Origin: Polymyxa betae A26-41
Taxonomy: Eukaryota; Protista; Endomyxa: Phytomyxea
Length of the DNA: 64,000 nucleotides
Reading direction: 5' to 3'
Assembly (NCBI GenBank): GCA_003693705.1
Contig: RBZT01000716.1
Location: 1 to 64,000, forward strand
The stretch's first letter is position 1; every line of letters begins with the position of its first letter. Below the pieces are notes generated by a model. It saw nothing but the letters and a program-made list of their open reading frames with translations, had not been told where the DNA came from and ran no database searches. Below, in pieces: positions 24,703-35,881 of the stretch. Both the position numbers and the translations under genes were made by a program.

Positions 24703-26433
24703 ATGTTGGCGATGAAGTCCATTGCTGGTCTCGTTTCTCGAAAGATGGCAGTTGGGGTTCGTCCCGTCTTAGCCACATCCACTGTCGTCCATAGATTTTT
24801 CAGCCCACCTGCTGCATCACCACCCAAATATTCGAAAGGTATACAACAAACACAGTCCCCAACTGATGTCCACATCGATTTTCTCTTTTCGATGCGATTC
24901 TTGCTGAAATCTTTCTTCGTTTATACGCATCTAATTGCGAACGCATTCAAAAAGGAATGTGTTGTTGAAGCACGTGTTTTAGGTTTGGCTGGCGTGATAG
25001 CAGGAGAATCCGCCATTTGCACAGTTGGTAGTGGGGGCGATGGTCTCCGCTATCGTGGCTACAACATTATGGATCTAGCACAAGCATGTGAATTTGAAGA
25101 AATTGCACATCTTTTGATCTACGGCGACTTCCCATCGAACGAGAAGCTAGAAAAGTATCGAGCGAAAATCGCCAAGTATCGCACTTTACCAGCCGAGTTG
25201 CGAGCTATTCTTGAACAAATTCCTATAAGTGCTAATCCTATGGATGTGTTACGAACAACATGCTCTGTTCTTGGATGTCTGCAACCAGAGACAGGTTATA
25301 TTTCCACATTTGAATCCCATACAAGGTAATTTGAAACTTTATGGCTCAGTTTGGGTAACTGATTGCTTAGTCCCAAATCCATTTCAACCGAATCTGTTTT
25401 CAATTCCTTACTTGGTGCCCTACCCTCAGCTTTATGCTATTGGCATCATTGGCACACACATGGCGAACGCATTGATACGTCCTCAAAAGATGATGAATCG
25501 GTTGCTGCTCATTTTTTAAGGAACCTGAACCAGGTGGCTCCGACCCCTGAGAAGATTCGTACCATCGATTTGTCTTTGATCCTTTACGCCGTATGAAAAT
25601 AATATTTTCCGGAAGATCACTTTGCTTACAATCAAACAGGAACATGGGTTTGCAGCTTCTTCGTTCGCAGCTCGTGTCACAACCAGTACAATGTCCGATG
25701 TCTATTCTGCCATTTGCTCAGCTATTGGTACACTGCGAGGCAAACTGCATGGAGGTGCTAATGAAGCTGTCATTGAGTTGATCTCGCAATTCAGCCCCGA
25801 ATACGATATCGAGAAAGCAATGCGAGAAAAGCTTGCTCGAAAAGAACTCATTATGGGATTCGGCCATCGCATATACAAGGTCGCAATGCAACAACATAGT
25901 CCCAGGTTAGCTAAACGTTCTCGTTTTCAGAAACGTGATCCACGTTCGGATATCATCAAAGAGCGTGCTCGTGCGCTTACGAACGAAGAAGGTGGAAGAC
26001 CGGATCTGTTTGAGATCAGCGAGCGAATTGAAAAAGTCATGAAGAATGACAAAAAGATCCCACCTAATCTGGGTACGTATCAAGCCTTCAAACTAGTCGT
26101 GAATGCTAATCAATTTGCAGACTTTTATATGGCATCAGCTTACACAATGGTATGGATTTCGGTTTGTTGGGAGTATTGATCAGCTTAATGACCAGCCAGT
26201 GCGGTTTACCAACGTCTTTCTTCACTCCGGTCTTCGTTATTAGTCGCGTCTCTGGCTGGGCTGCACATATACAAGAAGAGCGCAAGGCTCGAGTGCTGAT
26301 TCGACCTTCGTCTCTTTATACTGGTAAAGTTACTTATAGACAACAAGATTTATAACTAAGCGATTCAACAGGTCCAGCATCGTGTGAACTTCCAGAATGG
26401 AAGCAAACCAATGCTACATCTGATCGCCTATAA
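24703..26433 (+). CDS. prpC: 2-methylcitrate/citrate synthase of bacterial PrpC type with a probable mitochondrial presequence
   Basis: [38 protein letters not shown]; [13 protein letters not shown]; LHGGANEA; [10 protein letters not shown]; DPRS; [12 protein letters not shown]. Basic, hydroxyl-rich N-terminal extension; several introns. Confidence 0.85.
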
Positions 26434-26516
26434 AAACGGATGCTGAACAAATATATAATAGTATTTATAAAAGCGTTATCGGGAAATCAAAATAAATGGA
26501 GATTATGAGATAAAGA

Positions 26517-27137
26517 TCATTGGAATGTGAATGACATTTCTTTTTCTTTTTTCAGCCAAAGTGACCCATGAGGCATCAATGTTGAAGATCCGAGAGCGGG
26601 GTCAGCATCACCTAAAGCGGTGGGAAAGGCGCCCTGGTTTAACAGAGAAGCGATCGCTTCGATCTTGCTTTGGTCATCGACCCCTTTCAAATTGATAAAC
26701 TGATTGATGCGCGCCCTGACGCCAGGCAGTGACGTTAATGATAAAAGCAATTGCCTTGCGTCGTGTTCGAAAACGCTATCATTAGACCGTCCCAGAGCCG
26801 AGATCATCATGCCGTTAGTGGCCACATCGACGTCGTAATCGTGGCTACCATGAGCAATATTTCTGGGTTTTTTGGCACCGTTCGGGTCCATTATCCTCTG
26901 ACAGCTAGCACATGTACATTTAAGCAAACACGATGGACATTTCCAAACAAGTTCTTCGCCTTTCTTCGGCTCGGCGTTATCGTAGAACTTGTCCAGGCAC
27001 AATTTGCAGAATTTTTTCCGGCATGTGCGCGTCTTGCTGGGCATATGGCAGCAGAAAAAAAGGTCTGTGAGTCGCCGACGTGATTTGCATTGGTGGCAGC
27101 TTGCACCATCTGGACCTGTATATGGGGCGCACGACAT
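26517..27137 (-). CDS. zf-4CXXC_R1 zinc-finger protein, copy A
   Basis: SCHQCKSRR...C...CRKKFCKLCL...WKCPSCLLKCTCASC. Confidence 0.85.
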   Translation of the reverse strand: MSCAPYTGPDGASCHQCKSRRRLTDLFFCCHMPSKTRTCRKKFCKLCLDKFYDNAEPKKGEELVWKCPSCLLKCTCASCQRIMDPNGAKKPRNIAHGSHDYDVDVATNGMMISALGRSNDSVFEHDARQLLLSLTSLPGVRARINQFINLKGVDDQSKIEAIASLLNQGAFPTALGDADPALGSSTLMPHGSLWLKKEKEMSFTFQ

Positions 27138-27792
27138 CAAACAGCCTCAACCAAACGTTCTTAACAAAGCAGCGATTAGGTAATGTTGGAAATTTACGGA
27201 ACGATGGAACGTGTGGTGACGCAGCAATTTGTTTCTTTCCGGATCTGAATGCCAAAACTGCGCACTAGTTCAAAAACAAAAACTGCGCAGTGGACGGAAG
27301 GTGATTAGATAATTGGTTGACTCAAGCGATGTCTGTGGGCTTGAGCTATCCTAATGTTGTGGTCAAGTCGTATCGAGATCCAACAGCACTGCCAGCAGAT
27401 CTGGGATGCCCGAATGGTTGTCGGTTGCAATGAGTGGGCGTCTTTTTTACCCCAATTGGGAACGCCGAAGACGATTCAAATTAATAGACCTGATTGGCGC
27501 GCGCCTTTGCTTTCGATATCTTCACTTCTCCGGACCCATGATGTTTGTATTTGGCAGTTCTGTGGGCGAGCCTTTCAAACCACTTCTATAATTTATTTGT
27601 TATTTACACAAAACGAATCGAATCGCGGCAAGTTTGAATGCCACGCTTGTCTTTATTCCCTTTGTGATAAAATGCAGCTGTTTTGGAAGTAGCGAGCTTG
27701 GTGGCTCCTGTTTAAAATTCCAATATTGACTGGTTTCGCAAGAATCCATTATTGTGCTAGTCTCACAGACTATGTCGGTTGCAGTCTCTCAA

Positions 27793-28344
27793 TCACTTGG
27801 CGTCGATAGTATTGGAATGGTCCTGCGAATTAGAGGCCATCTTAGCAGCGACATTGATATCGTAATAATGAGCAACCGTTCTAGGTTTTCTCACATCTTT
27901 GTCAATGGCACCATCCGTTTCCCTTTGGTCGCTGGTGGCGCATGTACATTTCGACACACATGATGGGCACTTCCAAATCAGTTCTTCGTCGATTTTGGGC
28001 TTGAGATCGACATAGTCGTCATTGATATTGTGACAATGAGAGATTGTTCTAGGCTTTTTCACTTTGTTGTCGATATTAGCATTGGCGGCATTCATTTCCC
28101 TTTGGCAGCTGGCACACGTACATGTTGACATACAAGATGGACATTTCCAAAACAGTTCTTCGCCGAGTTTGGGCTTAGCATCGACGTAGAACTTGTCTAA
28201 ACAAAGTTTGCAGTACTTTTTTCGGCAGGCTCGAGTCCGGCTTGGCATGTGAGAACAGAAATAGAGGTCTACAAGCCGTCGCCGAGTCTTACATTGATGA
28301 CAGCTGGCAGCAGCATCTGGGCCTGTATATGGGGCACACGACAT
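27793..28344 (-). CDS. zf-4CXXC_R1 zinc-finger protein, copy B, with partial internal duplication
   Basis: Paralogue of copy A (MSCAPYTGPD...SCHQCK). The segment ELxWKCPSCxSxCTCA...QRE...KPRT occurs twice. Confidence 0.8.
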   Translation of the reverse strand: MSCAPYTGPDAAASCHQCKTRRRLVDLYFCSHMPSRTRACRKKYCKLCLDKFYVDAKPKLGEELFWKCPSCMSTCTCASCQREMNAANANIDNKVKKPRTISHCHNINDDYVDLKPKIDEELIWKCPSCVSKCTCATSDQRETDGAIDKDVRKPRTVAHYYDINVAAKMASNSQDHSNTIDAK

Positions 28345-28881
28345 TCACCGACTTCGATCAAATCGTCGTTACTTAACAAGAAGCTTATAAGAATTTTAAG
28401 GATGTTGAAATTAGACGATGGTGGAGACCAAAGGTTGCGAATTTGCGTTATCCCAAAAATCACCACATTTTTCAGCCGTTTCATTTGCTAAATGGACGAA
28501 GCCATTTGAGGCCTTTGGTTAATCTGTTCGATTCAGGCTTGGTAACTTTACCTTGTTGACATCTCGAGACAAAACAATTATACTGCAATGCCAGGCTCAA
28601 GGCTTCTTGTCTGTTATTGTTTTCACTGCCCACTAGTTTGACCACTGCTGCGGACGCTCCTGACACGACGGAAACAAAACTAACAAACGTCTAACATGAG
28701 ACAGGAGGTTCTGTGCCTTCATCCGAGTGTGTTCGTCTATGGACGATTCTCTCATTTCTCTGAGATGATAGAGGGTTGCGCCTGACTTGTGTGCAGTATA
28801 GTAAATGCTGTCACCTCAATCAGACATACGACACTGTCTAATACGGAAACATCGAACGTCGTCGGCATCCTGGCGACCGTC

Positions 28882-30291
28882 ATGTCGGCTCTCGACCAGC
28901 TCAAAGAGAATGTCGCGGCAACATTGGAAAGCACCGGAGTATTAGCAAGGATACGTGTAGGGCTTGATTTTGTTTTACCTTGTCGAGAGGCTTCGTGATT
29001 GCAGTTGTCATGTTTTGGGTTCTACTCGAGACTAAACATTTTAATCACTGTGTTATCTAAGTGTCGTCTAAAGAGAATTTCTGGATTTTAGGCGGAACTC
29101 CGAGCTGAAGTGTTCGCTGCCATAGAGATGCAGAAACCTACGAACAGCAATATTCCACAGAAAATTGATGAGTTCGCTTGCAGCACTTTTGGAAAGCATT
29201 CACTGGACCTAGTTTTGGAGTTCCTTCAGTTTTTTGGGCTCAAACATACGCTGTCTGTGTTGAAGGCTGAGACCCATCGGCCTGATACGACCATCAACCG
29301 CGACTCTCTCTGGAATTCCATCTCATCAACAGCGAGCGAGTTCTCTTTAAGAAAGCCGCTTCTGGTATCTGTTTTAGAGCAAAAGAAGGATATGTCATTC
29401 CAATCTCTCAGTTCTCGCAATTCCAAAGATCCATTTTCTGAGGGCTCGTCTTCTGGGATATCAAACCGAAGTTCGCTTCCTAAAGTTCAAGTGGATATCC
29501 CCGTCGCATCGAAAATTGAACCGAGAAACGCTCACGGATCAGAGCCTCGAATAGACTCAAGGAACGTGGCTGAATCTGATACGAGAGCTATTACCGAACC
29601 ACAACCTCGAGACCTTCTTCAGACAGAGTCGAAAAGTGATTCTGCACCAGCATCGCGAAGTATTCGGGTCCTAGAGGCCAAAGTTGATCGTAAGATAGAA
29701 CCAAGAAGTGCTTACGAGCCAGGCCAGCCCATTGAAGACCCGTCCAAGCCTGGTAATACTGCCTCTGCAAATGTCGTACTCGTGTCATTGCCTAAAGTCA
29801 GTGCTTTGCCAACTGCTAATGAACCAATGAAAAGCGACCCCATGGTTGATCAGCTTCACCAGATCGATGATCTGTTAAAGCAGCTCGATACCAAACAGAA
29901 ATTGACTGATAAAGGTAACTAATTACCTTCGTGATGTTCGGTCTTTCCAATGCTGATTGACGGTTCAGCTAAGGCGCAGTTCACTGCTGATTCTCATCTA
30001 CATCTCGAAGAGTACGCTTCGTCACTCATGGGGTAGTTGTATGCTAACGAGAATAGGTTCTCGGATGAAGACGATATCGACTTCAATGATGACGATTTTG
30101 AATACGAGCCGGATGAGGTTGTTAAAGAAGATACCGACGAGTTATTTCCCGGTTTTAACAGGAAGGCGCCTGCAGCAACCAGACCCGCTGGTGTTGAATG
30201 TTTTAGTGATGATCCAAGTGCTGATGAGAACGCGCTGGACTCTTTTGATGTGGTACACGACGTCAGATTGTTCTCTCAAAAAACTATGTAA
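28882..30291 (+). CDS. FOP/FGFR1OP (CEP43)-like centrosomal LisH protein
   Basis: LKENVAATLESTGVLARIR/AELRAEVFAAIE...LVLEFLQFFGLKHTLSVLKAET is the FOP dimerisation/LisH signature; acidic tail. Confidence 0.8.
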
Positions 30292-30314
30292 ACATTATTG
30301 GAAATTTTATCTGA

Positions 30315-30755
30315 TTAATATGTGGTTCGTTTCCATGGATGTAGGGAATAGTCTAGAGATTCAACTGAAGAGAATGCACATTGTTTGATAGGGTATATAG
30401 TCTCCTTCAAGCAATGTATCAAAGCATTGACAGGTCGAATCAACATCGATACGATAAATGCCAGGATGTTCTCAGTCGCTTCAATACATGGACGTAATAT
30501 ATCTCGAAATATGAAGATTATGTAGAGGATTCCTGCAATACAACCTAATATGATAGCGATTGTCACCAAGATCTCGTTCTGGCTTGGCATTCGGTATCCT
30601 TGGTCGTTCTCGATGTTCGGTTGAGGCCTTTCAGGTCGGCTCTGATCATTCTGGGCTGCAATTAGACCGAGTCTGTCGAGTTTTTTGACGTGAATGGCTG
30701 CATGTGATAGACTGAATACAGCCAGGATTGCGAACCAGGCCATCTTGGTCGTCAT
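30315..30755 (-). CDS. Small signal-peptide plus TM protein, unknown function
   Basis: 146-aa ORF with a hydrophobic N-terminus and an internal TM (ILVTIAIILGCIAGILYIIFIF). Confidence 0.65.
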   Translation of the reverse strand: MTTKMAWFAILAVFSLSHAAIHVKKLDRLGLIAAQNDQSRPERPQPNIENDQGYRMPSQNEILVTIAIILGCIAGILYIIFIFRDILRPCIEATENILAFIVSMLIRPVNALIHCLKETIYPIKQCAFSSVESLDYSLHPWKRTTY

Positions 30756-30930
30756 GCTTGCTCACGTCATTAAACGTCGCTAACCCGAGATCGTCCTAGT
30801 ACGGTCTCCAGTCTCAGATTGCAACACAGAGCGTACTCGTCCTTGAATTTGCAAAATCTTCATCGATCAGTTTTGATCGGTACTAGATTTGTCATTATCG
30901 TTGATATAGTTGCTATTAGCAAAGTGATGA

Positions 30931-32454
30931 CTATTGCGATCCCACCATGATAGAATGAATTGGAGTGAAAGAGGAGGCTCTTCGATGATGCTCGACGATC
31001 TGGGTGATTGACGATTTGTCTGCAGTAATAGATCTGGGGTGAACAGTAATAAAATGGCTCTGTTCAGTTGGCGGCGTTGGTGTCAAATTTTGAGATGAGA
31101 TGAGAGCAGGATGGAATAACCAGACCTGTAGAATAGCGATAATCCCATGACAGATTGATAACCACGACCTATAACAATATTATATCAGTCATATTACTCT
31201 CATTCTAAACAAAGTAAAGAGACCAGATAAGAATCCAGCTGGTTGGTGTGACAGCGCCATCCACAGCATACATCAAGAATCCGACCACATACAATGTTAT
31301 CATGATGCCCAACGAGGCTACAATCCGTCGCATTCGATCAAGATACAGCATCAATGATCCATGAACACCGCGAGAGACACGCCCAAGACGCCACGAACTA
31401 AATATGAGTTGAGGGCCGGCGAATGCCAAACAGACACCATAGAATGCAGCAGAGATCTGTGGCGCTAGCACCTGGCTTTTATGCATCGCCAGCGATAGTG
31501 ATATAGTTAGGTCGCCGGCCAGTACGACGCCATACGCGGCAGCGTTGCAGAGGCCAATATTGCCAGATACGGGTCGGGGTGGAAGCTGAACGATTCCAAG
31601 TCGAATACGATTCCAGACAGTTGATGTTATCATGATGGTAATAAATGTAACACCTGTTAATTGTGGTAGCAGAAATAACTGTTATTAATGATATCAGTTG
31701 ACGAGAACCAGAAACCCTAAACCCTAACCTGTAGAGGTGATGTCAGGACCGGGGTTGACAGTGTCCCGACCAGGGCGAACTTCACAGCCAGGACGCCCGA
31801 TGACACCATCCGGATCAGAAGCGCTACATGAACGATGGACAGAGCAGCGGGTCGGCGGCGCCGTACATTAGCTGCTGTGAAGATGAACGATGCCGCGGCG
31901 GAAACCGCAAACAGGATCGTCGGCAGCCATCGCAGCAGCAGCTGGTACGTCCATAATCGCAGCGTGCTGGCCCAGGGATTGGGGTCGGGTCGCAACCGAA
32001 TTCTGACAGGCTGCGATTCGGTACGAAGGCGGCGTTCGAGGTCGGTGCTCAGGCGGACCTCGGCCAGTACGACGGACGAGGCGGGCGCCACACCATCATG
32101 GGCGTTGTACATGACGCCCGGCGGCCTCTGTGTCATCTGGATGAGGATGGCGGTGACCCCGGCCGCCACTAGATTGCCGTACTGGACCTCGTACGAGCAG
32201 GAAGGAGGTCCAGGAAGCAGGACGGCGTTATCCTGTACAAGAGATATGTTGATATGAGCAGGATGACATGGATTTGTATGGAATATGATGAGATTGGTGA
32301 TGATATCGTAATTGATGGATTGTGGACCCAGATATTGAGTTGATGGAATTGCTAAAGTCCAGGTCCCATTTACAGATCCCGATATGAATGTTAATGTGGA
32401 TTGCATTACAGGTATGAATATCAATAAACAGGCCAGATACCATACAAAGGACAT
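30931..32454 (-). CDS. PA-domain + 7TM membrane protein, paralogue 1 (3 exons)
   Basis: Signal peptide; PA-like segment NPC...VQDNAVLL...CSYEVQY..L..AGVTAILI; seven hydrophobic segments. Introns 31679-31728 and 31169-31223 restore alignment with paralogue 2. Confidence 0.75.
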
Positions 32455-32931
32455 TGCAATCACATTACGAGTCAACCAATTGATAGCTCACTCCTTGATC
32501 AGAGATACTGTATTAATCGCCGATCAGCAGGAAAAATCCACCCGACTCGAGAGTGACGACCGAGTACACCTACAGATCTTGTCAATTAAATTTGAAAATG
32601 AGAGTTCAGCTTATTACCATGGATTCTTTCAGCGTAGAATTGTTCCTTCACGATATACAACGTTATAATCAATTAAAGCATTGTGTGGTGATTCAAGCAC
32701 ACATCGGCATGGTCTAAAGCGTTTGAGCCACCTTTGATATTGTGTTGATGATGATGATCATGAGTTGCAAGTCATGCCCAAGGTTCATCTGTTGTCAGGA
32801 TTGTCATTAATGGAAATCATACTGTAGTGATGGTCATAAGATCAGATCACATCATAGGATGATGATGGCAGATTTGTTGCGATCACGATCATCATTGTAC
32901 CCTTGTTGAGGAGGTCGCACTGTTATTTCCA

Positions 32932-34409
32932 ATGCTGGGCGCCCTCGTCTTCACCAGCATAATCAGCGTCGTATCATCGTCAATGACATTCCTGAACGGA
33001 TCTCTAGCAGGGAGGTCGTACTCGTCCCCGTCCGTTACCCGATTTCTGAGCCCTGAGACCAACACCACCATTGAGGCTGAGCTGATCTACATCGACCAAG
33101 ACGGATGTAATGCGAGGTCAAGAGTAGATCAGAGCCATGTTCATGGTCGTGCTGTCTATTTAGCACATCCGAGTGGTTGTAGCTTTGAGATGAATTATGA
33201 TCAATTCGCATCAATGGGTGTTGTCGCTCTTGTCGTCATGGATGTCTATATTCCGGGCGGCCTCGGTTACAATATGCATGATGGCGTGGTCCAGTACGCC
33301 CACACCGGCATGTTGTTCGTCCAGCTCGGGTACGATGAGCCGCTGCTGGCGTATTTGACATCGAGACCGTCCGGCATCCATATTCGTCTGTCTACGGATC
33401 CCAATCGGTGGGCCAGCACGTATGCGTCGTGGCCGTACGCGACCTTTCTACGTTGGCTGCCGGCCCTGATCTTCACCTGTTCTGGGACGATGGCGATACG
33501 ATATCTGTACGGGCACGTCATGCTGGACCTGCAGAAAAGGCGGACGACGTCCGGTGGACGGACCCCGGTCCTGTACGACCTCGTGAGACTGCCGAATGTG
33601 GCACTGCTGATAAAGATGGCAGAGGCTCTGATCTTGGCTATCAAGTTCGCTATGTGCGGGATGTTATCAACACCAGCCTGGTAAACCCTAAAACCCTAGC
33701 TCTATACAACTCTTTGAAACCCTCTTTCAATAGGCCTGCACCAGCACAACGTTATTTCATCCAACAGATGAGTGGATTGACATTTGTTACTATTGTTATA
33801 TCAGCTACATTCTGGAATCGTATTCTTGTAGATTTACAGCCAACACCACCATCATTCATAACACGTCTCATTATTGGAGATTTTGGTCGATTTACCTATA
33901 TTACATATGTCTTAGCTATAACCAGTGAAACATTCTTCTCAGTCGCCTACGCCAACTATTGGAATGTCGACGACAGTTTCTACAAAGCTGATGCGGGCGT
34001 ACTGGCCATGGCCCAGCTTCTGGTCGGCAGCCAATTCCTGTTCAGCGCGATTCGGTTCCGCCTTGAGGCGAATACGATCCTGGAGCAACGTCATGATCCG
34101 AATCTGTATGCTTATCTACATCGTATAAGTGCTATTGTAATTGGCCTGGGATTCTCATGTCTTGGATATGTTATTGGTACTGTAATGATTGCTGTTTATC
34201 CTGGATTTGTAACACCACCAGGATGGACATTAACATGGTCTATTATCACTATATCACATGCTATTGAATCACTATTGCTCGTCAATCTATTCCGACCTCG
34301 AAGTTCACAGAATGTAGCTGGATCTGTAGTTGTAGTTCAATCAACAAGACCATCATCACCTCAAATCAAGATCAAACCATTTAGACCATCTCAATCCGAC
34401 AGAAGATAA
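32932..34409 (+). CDS. PA-domain + 7TM membrane protein, paralogue 2 (2 exons)
   Basis: Signal peptide; DGC...VHGRAVYL..PSGCSFE...MGVVALVV (PA pattern); seven TM segments; intron 33681-33733. Confidence 0.8.
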
Positions 34410-34539
34410 TCTAATCGTATTCATATAATATGATAATATAGTGCAGGCGGACGTTCTCTGCTCAATTATCATTCTATGAATGGATTCTGTCGATCGAGAT
34501 TGTCGTACCTAACAGGTCCAGCACGGCGTGTCACGAAAT

Positions 34540-35790
34540 ATGAAGCATCACTCTTCTGACCGTTCAGGCTAATTTCGTGTCTTCATCAATGACATTTCTG
34601 AATGGAGCTCTATCTAAAATATCGTATTTATCACCTCGTACAATATGATATGTCAGATCTCAAACCAATGAACAGTTTGTGGATGCTAAACTCGTATATG
34701 ATAATACAGCGGCTGTAATCGTGTGATATTAGACCCAGATCAGTGGTGTGGGGCAGTATTCCCAGCCCATGCAGGTGGAGCTATAATCAGATTGCAGCAT
34801 TACAAGCGCTACCTGTTATCACTCTTGATACGACTATCCCGGGTGGTCTCATGCCATGGTCCAGTACGTCCACACTTAAATGCTATATAGGTCAAGTGGC
34901 ATACCTGGAACAGATACCTTCTGGAGTCCTTCTCCAGATGCCAACCCCATTGGTCGGGGGGCCAGTACCGATTTCCTTGTGGCCGTACCAGACGTTCCTG
35001 TGCTGGTTGACAGGGTCTGATGATGGCCTCTGCTGGGATCATAGCGTTATGGATACGTGCTGGCCCTGGAGTAGCACCGGACCCTTGATGAACCGAATGT
35101 GGCATTATTGATTAACATGACCGTCTGGGCTATTAAATGAACCAAGTGTGACCTTTAATCAACACCAGCCTGGCACATCATTACAAACCCTAAAACCCTA
35201 AAACCCCACAAGCAAGTATGCTGGTTACACCCAGTAGATGAGTTGGTAACTATTGTGATATCAGCTACAGTCTGTAATCGTATTATACTGATAGATTTAC
35301 AACCATTACAACACCATCATCATTCATTACACATATTATTTGTGGAGATTAGGATCGTCTTACTCATATTATATATTTCTTAGCAATAATTACAGAGATA
35401 TTCTTCTCCATCTGTTATGCCAAATAGTGGAGTGGCGCGGTACCTCCCTCGAACGCTTTTACAAGGCTGACGGCTGTGTCATGGCTCTGATCTAGTTGGT
35501 AGTCAGCAGCCAGATTCTATTCAATGCCATTCGGTTGCGATTGGAGGCGGGTATAATCACGACCTTGGCTTCAATGCTTATCTACATCGTATAACGTGAT
35601 ACTGGAATTGGTGTTGGATTTACCTCTGAATATAAGATACAGACAGCAATGATTGCTGTATGTACTGAACCTGTAGGACAAAATCAGGATATACTTCAAC
35701 ATGGTCTAATGTCACACAATGGAGAATTACTGCTTCTCGTGAATCTGTTCCGACGGCCGAAACTAACCGATTCCGGGATCGTCGTCCCAG
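34540..35790 (+). pseudogene. Decayed third copy of the PA-7TM gene
   Basis: Colinear DNA similarity to paralogue 2 (tcaatgacatttctgaatgga, tcaacaccagcctgg, agatttacaacc, atgcttatctacatcgtataa, LLLVNLFR) with many stops and frameshifts. Confidence 0.85.
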
Positions 35791-35881
35791 CGCTGATTGT
35801 GACGCCAGCGAATTCCAAATGCATATTAAACAACTCACAGAGAAGTCATCCAGCAGGCGTTGAAAACAACAATAAAAGGGT

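Noticed and set aside
31835-33644. Long antisense ORFs over the PA-7TM genes (31835-32257 and 33267-33644)
   Set aside because: These are shadow frames caused by locally high GC content on the opposite strand of real exons.
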